A stretch of DNA of 64,000 nt from Vicugna vicugna (lineage: Eukaryota). Numbering within the stretch: the first letter of the stretch is position 1; every line of letters begins with the position of its first letter. Below, piece after piece: positions 46,190 through 58,975 of the stretch. Below the pieces are notes generated by a model. That model worked only from the letters and a program-made list of their open reading frames with translations, was not told the DNA's origin and ran no database searches. Both the position numbers and the translations under genes were made by a program. Location of the stretch: positions 744,001 to 808,000 of the forward strand of contig MU062288.1 in the NCBI GenBank assembly GCA_013265495.1, written 5' to 3'.

Positions 46190-46400
46190 TAGCAGACACT
46201 ATGCTCAATTTTATTTGTATTTGACAAACATTACCATCTCATTTAATCTTTGCAAAGCTTTTATAAATTGATAGCATCATCATTATCCCCATTGTCCAGA
46301 TGGGGAAACAGAGGCTCAGAGAGGTTAAGTCGCTTGCCCTGCTGTTACAGCTGTTAAGTGGTGAAGTCAGGTTTGTATGACCACCAAGCAGTGACCATAA
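46190..46400 (-). mobile_element. MIR SINE
   Basis: 'attatccccattgtccagatggggaaacagaggctcagagaggttaagtcgcttgccc' is the canonical antisense MIR core. Confidence 0.85.
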
Positions 46401-46419
46401 ACCACAGAGGTGGATCACC

Positions 46420-47015
46420 TACTAATTACATTTTTGAAATTGTGGTACAGTACACATAGTATACAATTTGCCANNNNNNNNNNNNNNNNNNNNNNNNNNN
46501 NNNNNNNNNNNNNNNNNNNNNNNNNNNNNNNNNNNNNNNNNNNNNNNNNNNNNNNNNNNNNNNNNNNNNNNNNNNNNNNNNNNNNNNNNNNNNNNNNNNN
46601 NNNNNNNNNNNNNNNNNNNNNNNNNNNAGCCCCTGGAAACTTCCATTCTGCTTCCTGTCTCTGAAGCTGACTGCTCTAGGTACCTCGTGTAAATGGAATC
46701 ATATGGTATTTGTCTTTTTGTGAATTGCGCGTTTCGCTCAGCTTCATGCCCCCCAGCTTCATCCATGTTGTGGCCTGTGTCAGAATTTCCTGCTTTTTAA
46801 AAAAGGGTCAGTAATAGCCCACTGTAGGTACATGTCCTGTTTTGTTTATCCATTCGTCTGTTCATGGACACTGGCTTCCACATTTGGGCTTAACGACTAA
46901 TGCTGCTGTGAATATGGCTGTAAAAAAACTCTCTCTTCAAGTCTCCGCTTTAAATTCTTTTGGCTCCATATGCAGAAATGAAATTGCTGGTTTAAATGGA
47001 AATTCTTGGTTTCTT

Positions 47016-47052
<37 letters not shown>

Positions 47053-47195
47053 ATGACCTACCGTACTGTTTCCATGTCGGCTCCCCCCCCGTTCCGTTCC
47101 CTCCAACAGAGCACAGGGTTTCAGCGTCTCCCCATCCTCACCAGCACTTGTTGTCTGCTGTCTTTTGGATCGTGGCCATCCTAACAGGTGTGGCA
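46420..47195 (-). mobile_element. L1 3'UTR and ORF2 end, partly N-masked, with internal poly(T) expansion
   Basis: 'gtaaatggaatcatatggtatttgtctttttgtg...ttcatccatgttgtggcctgtgtcagaatttcc' are antisense L1 motifs. Confidence 0.85.
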
Positions 47196-49519
47196 TGATA
47201 ACCGGTTAACTTTTTACCGAACCATTTGATGCCTGACATCGGAGGTCTATGGACTGATTCTGCTCCTGAATTCGTTTTTTTTTTTTCCCCATCTCATCCT
47301 GTGCTTATGTCCCGCTTTCTAGTGCAGAATAATTGGAGGAGTTACTACTCCAGCATCCCTGAAGGACTAGGGAAGCCACGGGCAGGAGGCCTCCTAACAA
47401 ATAACTATAGGACTCTGCAGGGAGGGCTGCCCCTTCCTGCAGGAAGGCCCTCGGGATTTACAAATGAATAGTTGTCGAGAATCACATAGGCATGGCCTTT
47501 GTATTACAAACTTTAAATGTGCACCCCAGACCCTTCGCAGAAGATGAGTTAAAGGTTGTGTTATCTCCTGTGTGTGATCAAAACAAGACAGACTCCCAGG
47601 ACAACAGAACCAAAGAGTGCACGGCTGTGCTTTCATTCATGAAGCGTTTGTTGTGAGCCTCAGCGCCACACACTCTGGTGTGTAACCCGTGGGGCAGAAG
47701 CTGCCAGGGGAAGAGGAAGTTACAGCAAAGCATGGTGACTCCAGCATGTATGTGTATTGTGATGTGTCGCTTGATAATATTACGGTGCACAACTGTGTTA
47801 TATGTTGGCTTGTTTGCTTTGTCTGTGTCCACCTTGAGAATCGAAGCTCACTAGGGCTGGCATTTGTCCGGAGCTGTGTTCCCAGCTACTACGGCGGGGC
47901 TGGCACATAGAGACCCCTCAGTAAATCAGTGCAGGAAGAATGTGTAAGTACGGGGGACGTACGTGGTGCCAAGGGACCAGTGGCTCCGGGGTGTCTGAGA
48001 AGATGTCCCAGAGGAAGTGTAAGAGAGTGTGGCAGTGAGGATGCTCTGGAAGAGAGAAACCACATTTTAGGGTGGCCTGAGGACACGAGAATACATCCTA
48101 GTGAGAGAAAGGAACACAGTCTGGCTTGAGCGTAGCAAGCGCGTGAAGGGAGCGGGGTGAGCCCGGAGGCTCCCGCTCGGAGGCGTGGTTGGCGCGACTA
48201 CGGGTCTTCAGCTGGAAGCACAAAGGGCAGGCTCTTCGTTGCCCTTGGCCATCTTATCCTCTTTCCCATCTCTGTGGGTCCCGTCTGTGGGTCGTTCACC
48301 CCGAGTAGATGCTAAAATAAGCATCTAGGAAGTAGGGTGTTGCCAAGATAAGGGTGAGTTTCCAAAGCAAACTGAGCGCTGTGAATCCATGGTCAGTGCA
48401 GACGGCTCTTCACATCCCAGGTGAGCAAGAAGCCAAGTCGCTCGCGGCACGCCTTTCTCGCAGTTTGGGGAGGAGTTCGCGTCAGCTGTGTGTTGAGGGC
48501 GGTAGTCAGCGGTTTCCACTCTGCGGTCCGTTCGTGTATTGTTCTCCGTGATTCAAAAACAGGCCTCACCCAGTGTTTTCCAAACCGCAAGGCACAATCC
48601 ATTATTGGATTCTGAAATGAACTCGTTGAGTTGTAACAAGCGTATCTGTACACGTGAAAGAGAACGGAATGGAAAATACTAGAATGCATTTCATAGGGCA
48701 AGAGTGATTCATGAAATTTTGGGTCATGGAGTTCGGGATGTGTCTCTTACCTGAATGTTTGAAACCTGTACACCTGTGACACTTGGTTTTCCACAGTGTT
48801 CCTTTAAGTCACACAAGCTCGGGTCTGGAGGGCGGCGGGAGGCTTGGAGAGGAAAGGCGTGTTAGCTGACTGGCGTCATGCCAGGGGCCTGGCTGCACGG
48901 GGTCATGTCCTCCTGAAGTCCTGCTCATTGGGTGGATGGGTCACAGTTTGCAGAGGAGACACTGAGGCTTGCAGACGTCAAGAGAAGGGTCACACGACAC
49001 AAATTACTGGTCAGGAACCCTGATCTCTTGGCTCCGAATATAATCTTTTAATGCCTCTGTGGGTTGTATTCCCAAAATTTGTTCGTCAGTTGACTGAGGA
49101 AGACGTTTTCTCAGGGAAAGTGTTGTGACCAGGGTCCACGTTTGTTAAGAAGAATATGAATCTTGGGATCTACCCTATCAGCTTCCTAAGGAACTGAATC
49201 GCTTAGGAAGGAAAATAGTATTGATTTTTTGAACTGAAGTTGACACAGATGACAGTGGCCACCGCCCCTTCCTCCCCCGGAGCGTCCTCCTTGCTGCGGG
49301 GAGGAGACCACATCTTCGGTGCCACGTGAGGTGATGTGCTTTTATCTGAAGCTGGAGTGCGTGGGGCGGGAGCAGAGTCCAACTCTCCACTTCTCCCAGG
49401 GTGTGCCCCCGGGCTGATGAGTTCCGCTCGACAGAATTGTGCAGCTATGCAAATTCACAATTCTGTGATCCTGTGATTTCCAGCCTCAGCCAGGCTCTCC
49501 GACTTCGCCTGGTCCACTC

Positions 49520-51200
49520 CCGTTTGCTTTCTGCAGCAGCTGTTTCCAGCCGCCACCTGTCACCACTGTCCCCTCATCCTGCTCTGCTGGGAAAATGGAA
49601 GTCTTCCTGATGAAGGCCACCTCACCCTGCGGTCACAGAGCTGCAGATCCAGCTCCACCTGGACCCACCCTCCCACCTTTCCTGTCTGTTACAGCGAAAA
49701 AAAATTTCCTCACCTTCCATCTTGATTATCTCCTCTCGGGCCCGTATTTTCCTCCCTTCCCTCCTTGCTGGCCCCATTCTCACTGCACAGACATGCTGAA
49801 ACCCCTCCCAGCTTTAAAGAGAAAGGCCGTCCTTCCACGCCCTCCTCCAGCCACTTTCTTCTCTTTCCTCCTCTTCACAACTGGACTCCTTAAATTGTCC
49901 TCTCCACCGCTGCCCTGTGTGCTCTCTCCACGTCTTGGCCGCAGACAGCTGGCTCTGCCTCCGGGCATCTGTCACATTCACGCTCCCTCTTTCCAGTTCT
50001 TGCTAAATTCCGCTCCTCTCTCCCTGTCTTCTCTGCGGCAGACCGAGTCCCGCGCATCTCCGCACCCTTGGAGCAACGTTTCCCTCGCACGCCTCTCCCC
50101 CTTCCTGTTCTCCTTCCTTCGTCTCTCCTCCTTTGCGAGCTCCTCCTCTCCTTTCTGTCCCCTGGAAGGTTGGCGTTCCTCAGTGTCCTCACCCCGCGGG
50201 TAACCTCATCCCTCTCTGACCTTAACAGCCCTCTCCTCGCTGACCACTGCCCAATTGAAACCTTTCCAAAGTCCTCTTTTGTGGCGGGTTGATGGACGCA
50301 GCCAACACCACGTGCCCCGAACTGCATGCCTCGACTTCCCCTTTCTCTTTCCACAGATACCTGCCTCCCGTCCTTTTCTGAATCCAGCGCTGGCATCGCC
50401 TGTCCTTGCACACGCAGAAACCTGGGTGTCTTCATGACTCCTCGCCTCCGCCGCTCACCCCGAACCAGGGTCTGTTAGTTCCACCCGCTGCGTGTCTCTT
50501 GATTCCCTCCGCCTTTCCCCTCCCTACTCTGTCTGCGGGCCGCCGCCATCTCTCTTCTGGATTGCTGCCGTAGCCCCCGGGCTGGTCGCTGTCACTGAGG
50601 GTCGTTCTCCACACTGCAGCTGGCAGGATCCTTCTAGAACCCGGAGCTCAGCCTCCTTGCTTTAAACGCTCCGGTGCTACCCAGTGCACTTGGCGGGAAA
50701 CCCAGGCGCCTCAGCATGAGTTAGAAGGTTCCGGTTGGTCTGCACGCCCCTGGCCTCTCCAGCCTCTCTCTCCAGCACCGCGCACATCGCGTCCCTCCAC
50801 ATCCGAGCCTCTTTAGGCTTCTTAGTGCCCTGTGTGTCCCGTTGACCCCTGGAACTTTCTGCCCAGCCTCTCGCCCTCTCCCTCCTCTGGCTGTTCCCTG
50901 CATTTTCAGGGCCTGGCTTAGACATCTGCCCTCCAAATTAGGATTTTGTACCCCCCACCACGTGTTCTTAAAGCACATACGAGATCCTCTATATAAAGCG
51001 CAGCGCCACGTGTGGCAGTGAATCAGTGCGTGTTCTCTGGCAGGGCGCTTAGAATGTCCTGCCGTTGTCTGTCTACTTTTGACGGTCCCAACAGGTTGTA
51101 AACCCTACGGGGGCAGAAGGCACATCCTCTCTTATTCTTGGTCGGATCCCTGGTATCTAGTGCCATATCCAATGTCTAGTAGGAACTCAGCTGTTAGGGG
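49520..51200 (+). mobile_element. Long decayed L2 (about 1.6 kb)
   Basis: C/T-rich L2 body through 'ccacactgcagctggcaggatccttctagaac' to a terminal 'ttgtaaaccctacgggggcagaagg...gtctagtaggaactcag'. Confidence 0.7.
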
Positions 51201-51529
51201 AATAGGTAAACGAGCCGTGTGTTTTAGCAGCTGTCACGTCGAAGGGACTGTGTGCTGAGTAATGAGAGAAAAGTCTCCAGCCCAGGAGTGTAAACGTCCA
51301 CACGAGCAGAGCCGTTGCCGCCCTCAGCGGCTCCTGCCTGTGGGTCTCTGGAACGGTCTAGACGTGTTCTGCTGGAAAGGCAGAGTTGAAGGTGGTGGGA
51401 AACATTTAAAAATGCTAAGCGGCAACTCACTCCAAGGGAAGAGGTTCCATCTCCGCGTCTCTGGTTTTTCTGTCTCTGTTACCCTTATGGTTTCTCACTC
51501 TGCTGACCTTTATAATGCCAACCATAAAA

Positions 51530-52040
51530 GAAAGAAAGAAAAAAAGAATGATCAGGAAATAAAAAGTAATATTGAAATATTCTGAACCATCATACAAGCA
51601 AATGGATGAGGCAGTAGGTACATTGCTCAGTATAGGTGTGCAGGGAGCTCAAAAGTTATTTTAATAAAAAGAAGATACTACAGGATAAAAGAGGTTAACA
51701 AAAAATTTAATGAAACAATGAAGGATTTTAAGGATTCTTCAGAACAAAATCATAATGATCTCAAAATTCGTTAAGCAACGTAAACAGTCAAAGACTAAAT
51801 TCAAGAGTCAAGATGATAAAAAAGTACCGAAGATTAAATAATTGAGAGCATTCAAAGAAAAATGTCTTGAAAGTAAAGAGTAATGAATCATTTAACAGAC
51901 TCAAAGGTAGAATAACCAAAAATATGAAACCAAAGGGGAGAAAAACATAATCTTTTAAAGAAGATTAAAAATAAACCCAGCAGTAATGAACGGGAATGGG
52001 CACTGGCAGGAGTTCCCAACGGCAGTTAAGCCACAGCTAA
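51530..52040 (+). mobile_element. A-rich ancient L1 ORF1/HAL1-like fragment (tentative)
   Basis: Strong A bias with broken K/E/N-rich reading frames; family not confirmed. Confidence 0.4.
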
Positions 52041-53605
52041 AACAATGTGAAAACCGGAGCTTAGATTTTGGGCGTACGCCTCAAAAGCCCGCGCGACCTC
52101 AGTGGGTTTGCGGAGACGGGTTTCACGGCGCACTTGCTGCGTGAATGGCATGAGGTTTCAGGGGAAACGCACTGAGTCCCACCGTGACGTTTCCCTAAGG
52201 GCAGCCAAAGAGTGACGCTCACCTGTGTCTGCAGAGTAAGAGAGATGCTTCTGCCTGTAGGAGACTCACCCCCCGCCCCCCGCCTTCCTAAAGCCTGATG
52301 GTTCTCACCTACGTGTCCCGCTTTCCGTTTGGAGATAAAATCAGGCGGCCCCTGTCCACGCCCCTTCTCAGCCAGAGTCCCTTTGGCAGTTACCCACACA
52401 AGCATCCCTTCCTGGTACACCTCTCCCAGGTAGCTTGTGACGTGTCTGCCTTCTCTCTTACGCTTTCCTGTGTCTCTGGGACTTACAGTTTCTGTCTAGG
52501 TCAGAGCCAGAGCTCAGTGATTATATTTTAATTCAATATGATCTCCTAAGGATGCCCACCTCAGGGCATACACCAGGTCCCCGATTGCCTAGTCTCTACT
52601 TTCTGCTCTATTTCTATTCTTTTTTCTCTCTTAAACTCTAGGCGCAGAGCTCAGGCTGCACCTTGAGGAAGTTCACAGAAACCTCTCAGAGTCAGGGAAT
52701 GTATTTAATTTTTGTTTCTAATTGCCAACACGAAGGGTTCTGATCGTGACTGCCATGTATTTCAGGCTGTAAGAGCCCTGATCTCTGCCATGTCTGCCCA
52801 CGTTCCTAAGGTGCGTTTTAGGAGTCTGACTGAGAAGAGGTTCGCAGGGCTACGCACATCCTTGCCCGTGGAGGCGCTGACTTCTGTGTAGCTTCTGGGT
52901 TGGCTTCTATACTTTTTCATCTGCCTCCCTCCCTTCCCTCCCCGGTGCCCGGGTGCCAGCCTCCCCGCCTTGCTCTCCAGTTTCCCTGCGGTGAGTGAGG
53001 ATACATGGAAGTTGGCACACAGAGGGGTTAAGGATCCAGGTAGTTTGTCCTTTTCGGTAGAACAGACTGGAGCGAGAGTGGCTCCCGGCTCTGGTGGCAT
53101 CGTTGCCCCTGCCTTGGTCCACCTTGTTGGTGACCACGCCAGCCTTTCAGAGCCGTCCAGCCGAGAAGGCAGAGAGAAGGGCCACAGAAATTGGGGCTAG
53201 GAGACCAAGGTCTCATTCCTGTTTTGCCAAATTGACTGTAAGCTGAGCGAGTTGGACGGGGGCGGGTCTAGGGTGCCTCCTGACCCTAACATTTTGTAGC
53301 TGTTTGAGGGGGAGCTCCTTTGGTAGCCGCACGTGCCAGGCAGACCAGGGTTTCACCTGGGCCCGGGGGTGGTACAGTATTGGGTACATGTCATGGATCC
53401 CGGGCTGCAGCCAGCTCATTCAGAAACGTGGGTGAAGATGAGAGGATATTACCAGGAGTGGGATGTGTAACCCTTCCCCGGTAAACGGGTGTGCAGTCGC
53501 CCAAACACTGAAAGCATTCAACGATACTCAGTTTAGATTTTGCAAATAAAATTTCATAGGATGACATCAACAGCACATTTTTTTTTCTTCTTCTACTGTG
53601 TTAAG

Positions 53606-53626
53606 GATGATGGTAGCACAAGAAAG
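53606..53626 (+). other. Candidate 21-nt micro-exon
   Basis: tttttttttcttcttctactgtgttaAG|GATGATGGTAGCACAAGAAAG|GTAATG. Confidence 0.3.
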
Positions 53627-54984
53627 GTAATGACCAGGCTTTCTCAAAAACGCTGGTTCTCCAAAGTGAACAACTTGACCTCCCCAGTGGGCTTCGTGTC
53701 TGGAAGATAAGATGGTGAGGAATAGCAGCCAGACAGTCTTCTCCCCTCTAGGAATGGGGGCTCTTTTAATTCTTCTGCATCAGTCATTTGAAAAGAAAAA
53801 TCAATTAGCATGTACTTTAGGACATATTTAGGCTGTACAGATGGGTTGGTATTAACAGTGGCCATAAATAAACTCTTTCATAAGAGGAACTGGGATTTAC
53901 TCTGCCTCTTTCGTGCAACCAAGCCAATCCTGGAGGGTTTTATAAAAGTCCTTTTAATGCTGAAATAATTCAGTGAGAAATAACTTGCATAATGCCCGGT
54001 TCTGAAGCAGAGGCAGCTTAAATTTTGCCAAAGGTGCAGCACAAGGTAGTTTAACCTTCCTTCCTCCGTCTCAGCAAAAAGAAGGATTTCTACCACTCGG
54101 GTTCTTTTCATTGAGATTTGTTAATATTTCTAGTACCCTTTGGTCTGTGACTAAAAGTGCTTTAGGAGATAAAGCCATCTGAGCTGTAGGAAAGACTTTG
54201 TGTTACTTATTAAGATAAAATAGATGCGAGTCTACTTGACCCCAAAATTGCCAATATTGCTAAACATAAATTAGCACATAATCTTAGGAATTAATGAAGA
54301 CAAACCTACCCGTTAACCGTTTCCCATCGGTGGAGCCGGTAGAGACATGCCAACACGTAACATCGGGTTTGAATTTTATGATTTCAGTAGAAATGAAAGG
54401 AAGAAGGGTGAGCGCTCCTCTTCCAGGAACAGATTAGAGGCTTTCAAAACAGAGAGAACATATCGTCATTTAAATATATGAAATCAGTTTTCTCCTGGGC
54501 AAATATTGTAAATATTTTCTTGTGGAAAAACAGTCTAGGCCTCCGGGTCTAAATCTCTAGACCCAGAGAGAGGACACCGTTTATTCAAGTCCTGGTCTCT
54601 CTCGAGACACATAGCAATACAGCTAAGAAGACAAATTATAAAGAGTCATCAAACGTTCTGCGGGTCCAAGAAGTGGGACACATACTGACTTGGATGTTTG
54701 TCTAAAAAAAAACTGCCAATAGGAATGTTCAGACTGAATTCCAGGGAATTTTAATCCACGCACGGTGTTTTCTTGGCTCTTTGCGAGGTGGAATCAGAGG
54801 ATTACCTTTTCTAAGAATCGGTTTTTAAGGAGCCTGAGCACTAATCAGTTAGGTGTGACACAGGCTTGAAGTAAGATTTGGGCATAAGTGATTCAGGGAA
54901 GCACCGCTTCCCCCGTGCTGGCCGTGGGCCAGTGCTCTTGTCCTGAAACGGCCAGGGCTGCAGGTACCATGCACTCCACCTGGA

Positions 54985-55500
54985 GTATTGCTTTGGCTGT
55001 TCATCGCCGTGTAACCAACTTTCCCCAAAACTTAGTGGCTTGAAACAACACCATTTTATTTGCTCATGATTCTGCGGATGGGGGATTTGGGCCGGCCCTG
55101 CTCCTCGGGGCTTTACCTGGGGCCTCTCATGAGGCCATGGACAGACCTGAGATGGGACCGCTCAGATCTGTGGTTGGTGGCGACGGCCAGAAGGCTGAGC
55201 CCAGCCCACGCCTTCTCCTTCTCTGTCCAATGGTCCGATGGTAATCGGATGCTAAGAGTGAGTGTTCCCAGCACACACTGGCCAAAGCTCAGACACCTGA
55301 AGGGCCAAACTAAGAATTCACAGAGCATCACTTCTGTCGGGTTCTACTGGTCAAAGCAAGTCCCAGGCCAGCCAGGGTCACAGGGCGGGGCCCCGGCTGC
55401 CCCCTGTGTGGGGCGTGGCCGAGGGACGTCCCAGAAGAGCTTTGCAACGGGAGATGCTCGGGCAGCCGTCTTTGGAAAACAGTCGAGCACAAACATGTAG
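54985..55500 (-). mobile_element. MLT1 (G-K type) solo LTR
   Basis: 'gtgtaaccaactttccccaaaacttagtggcttgaaacaacaccattttatttgctcatgattctg...catcacttctgtcgggttctactggtcaaagcaagtc' is antisense MLT1. Confidence 0.8.
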
Positions 55501-55569
55501 GCTGTTACATGATGACATTTCATAAAGGTGACCCCACATTTATTTTCTGAGACGGAACCTTTAGTCTCA

Positions 55570-56035
55570 CTCTTCACTCTGCTGCGAGAAGGATCTGTTG
55601 GAAACAAAAATCTGATCCCCGTTCTCCGCCTTGCTCTGCATCCCCCACAAAATAAAATCCGGACCCTTCACGTGGCCTGCCAGGTCCTTCCTGGTCTGTC
55701 CCCTGCCTGCCCCTCCAGCCTCCCATCTCACAAGGACCTGAACACCGCGTCGCCCTTCAGCTGCCTCTTGGTTAGCACGGCTCCACGTGGGCCTGTCGCA
55801 TCCTCGCTTGGCTGACCCCTCAGACATCACCTCCCTGTGAAGGCTTCTGCACCCCTCGCTGTATTAACACATCCTTCCCCCAGTGCCCTGGCTTCAAGCA
55901 CAGGAAGCTACCTCAGCAGTGTTAATACACCTCTCTCCCCATCACACTTGAGGGCAGGGTCGAGTCTCCTTCTCTGCAGTCGAGCCTTGAGCTCGCCCCC
56001 CACACAGCAAGTGCTCAGCAACTGTGCTGAGCGTG
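55570..56035 (+). mobile_element. L2 3' fragment
   Basis: 'acatcacctccctgtgaaggcttct...ttgagggcagggtcgagtc...aagtgctcagcaactgtgctgag'. Confidence 0.65.
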
Positions 56036-56879
56036 TAGTCTGCGTGCACGGGCGCCCGGAGGGAAGACCAGAAAACCCCAAACAGGAAGAAGGCGGGTGC
56101 GATGAGGAGGAGGGTCAGAGCTGTGAAGAGTGAGCCGTGGGACAGAACCCAAAGTGATGGGCGCAGGTCTGCAGAAGCGCAGAGAGAGAGAACACACTAG
56201 GTACACACAGGACGGGAGCCCAGCCCGGCGACCGAGAAGGAGCGCTCAGCTAGAGCACAGCGCAGTGTCCTGGGCAGGGAGGAAGGCACAGGGACAAGAC
56301 CGACCCAGGCCCAGCTGTGCGCGTCCACGCAGAGGTGGGAGTCGCACCCCATGAGGGCATCCCGGGCCTGAAGTTAAAAGGCGGGGCACCCCGATTCCAA
56401 ACAGTCCAGACCCCCACGCCTCCGCACACCTTCTCGACAGGGGACTGCCGGCCTAGAGGACCAGAGGGAATCTGGGCGGAGAGAAGCTCCCAGGTGCTCC
56501 TGGGAAGACGGGGGCTGTCACTCCTAGATCCCAGAAGGCGCTTTTTTCACTTGGTTGAGTGTCTTTTCCTCCTGAGCCAAACTGACAGAATAACGTGAAA
56601 GTGAAACTGACGGTTGTACTTGACGCCAGTGACAAGCTTCAGGGGAAGTGGCACCACTGGGGAGAGGCGAGGAGGTGTCTGGTCCCCAGTGAGGAAGCCC
56701 CACCTTGAAAGCGCCCAGAGCCACCTTTTTAACAAAACAACTGTAAAGGAAGTAATTGTCGTGAGAAAATGCTTTTTCTGCTCACAGTGGAGGAAGAAAG
56801 TGTGATCGTTTCTTTGATTCTGTTGAGTGTATGAACTCAGGGCTGAGAGTCATACCTCAGCCCGAGCTGCTGCTGTAGC

Positions 56880-57060
56880 CCAGGTGCTGCCCTGATCAGT
56901 TTACATCTGTTAACTCACGTGAGGTGGGCCCTGCTGCTGTCCCCGTATTATAGATGAGGAAACAGGTCCAACAGCTCGTTCAAAGCAACCCAGCTGCTCA
57001 AGCAGCAGAGCGGGGATTTGAACCCGGGCAGTGTGATGCCAGAGTTTATGCTCTAATGCT
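56880..57060 (-). mobile_element. MIR SINE
   Basis: 'ccccgtattatagatgaggaaacagg...gagcggggatttgaacccgggcagtgtga'. Confidence 0.8.
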
Positions 57061-58432
57061 CCACTTGACTTAGCCTGAACTTGGCAATATACGGTGTCTA
57101 CTGACTCTTTTTTTTTTTTTTAAATACTACCTGACAGCGGTATGAATTGTAAGGAATGAGTTTTGAGACGTTCTTCCCTCCTTAGATCTCAAGGACAGTT
57201 TGGGGCACATTTTGAAATGGCCAGGTCTCTCATAGGTGGACACACACGTAGGTACTGCCTGCTGTAACTTGCAAAGAGCTGTGGAGGAGAAAGTTTGTTG
57301 AATTAGAAGTGAGTGAGGAATGCAGCCAGATTAACATTCTTTGGTAATAACTTTGAAGTCTGAGGTCTTTCTGGAAATGGGGGGAATGATCCATTGTTAC
57401 ACGTTGTTTTTCAGTACCTGCCAGAGGTCTCTTTGTCATTTGCTTTTTAGTCTGTTCTAGTGTGTGTGAATCACAGATAAGATCCAGATGAACTTTCTGA
57501 TCCCTCTTATGTCTGTTATTTATTAATTGTTTTTATTTGATGAATTCCTGAAGCCCGGGATTCCAAAAAGTTCAAAGCGATATCCTTATTCAAGAAAGCA
57601 TTTCTTTTGCCAGTATTTCCCAAAGGATCTTTTTTTTTTTTTTAATCTCAAGAACTCTGTACTTTATTATTTTGGGGGTTGGGTTGCAAAATAACAACCA
57701 GAAATAAATAGATGTTTTATATTTGAGCAAATGGGCCATTCTCAGAGGTTGAATGTAAATATTAGCTGAAAATGAATGAATTGGGAACATGATAGTAACT
57801 ACCAGGGCACAGAACACCCCCGAGGCATTCTCCTGGGGGCAGAAACGACGTTTCTTCTCTTTTCTGTGCCTCTGTTTTAACCTCATCCTCCGACCCTCGT
57901 GGGGCCCTGCCCACCCAGGGCCCCACTTTTAGAGGATTTATGGATTTGGCCAGAGAGTGAGGGAGGAGGCTGTGGCCAGCATAGAGGAATCTGTTTTTTC
58001 TTGGAGTAGACATCCCAGCAAATCAAAGGGTGACCACCGTTGATGTGACCTCAGAATACCCTCCGCCACCCCGCCGGAAAGTCCACACTTCGCTTTACTC
58101 TGATACCTGAAATCCTGCCAACTCGAGAGTTCAGGACACACAGGTCCTCTTACAAATAAATGCAAGGAAATAAATGCTGAGATGACGCTCCCCGCACGCT
58201 GGAGCAGCTTCGTCAGTCACTGAGAGGAGATGGGACTTTGTGTGGAGGTGGGGCCGGCTGGGATTTATTCAGTCCGCACGTACTGACTGATCAAACGCGT
58301 CATTGATCGTTGGTCAGTGATTGACCTGGGTGTGGGGAATACAGGGGAGCAGAGGAGGCCAGGGTCCCAGCCCGCGTGAGGCCTACTTTCCTTTTCTTTT
58401 GGAGGAGAAACACAGTCAATAAATGGTACGTG

Positions 58433-58537
58433 GTGCTCGCTTTGGCGCCACGTGCACTAAAATTGGAACGATACAGATAAAACTAGCACGGCCCCTGTGC
58501 AAGGGTGACACACACATTCGTGCAATGCCCCGTATTT
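58433..58537 (+). pseudogene. RNU6: Full-length U6 snRNA retropseudogene
   Basis: GTGCTCGCTTTGGC...CTAAAATTGGAACGATACAGATAAAACTAGCACGGCCCCTGTGCAAGGGTGACAC...TATTT aligns without gaps to U6, about 20 mismatches in 105 nt by hand; ACAGAGA box changed to ACAGATA. Confidence 0.95.
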
Positions 58538-58975
58538 GCAAATAATGCCATTTGCAGCTACATGAATGGCTCTAGAGATTATCCTACTAAGTGAAGTAAG
58601 GCAGACAGAGAAAGGCAAATACCGTAGGGTACCACTTGCATGTGGAATTTTTAAAAAAATGGCAAAGATGAACTTATTTACAAAATGGAAATAGACCGAA
58701 GACAGACAACAAACTTACAGTTACCTAAGGGGAAAGGGGGTCGAGGAGGGGTAAATTAGGAGTTTGAAGTTAATAGACACACACTGCTATTTGAAAAATA
58801 AACAAGTTTATACTGTCGAGCACAGGGAACCATATTCAGTACCTTGTGATAACCTACAACGGGAAAGAATCTGGAAAAGAAATATATATATACACGCACA
58901 TATCTGAATCACTTTGCTGTACCCCTGCAACTAACACAACATTGTAGATCAACTCTACTTCAAAAACAAAACTAA
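58538..58975 (+). mobile_element. L1 3' end fused directly to the U6 copy
   Basis: 'aaataatgccatttgcagctacatgaatggctctagagattatcctactaagtgaagtaag' through 'aacattgtagatcaactctacttcaaaaacaaaa'. Confidence 0.92.

Noticed and set aside
49595-50435. 202-aa and 181-aa ORFs
   Set aside because: Lie inside a decayed L2; low-complexity translations with no protein family signature.
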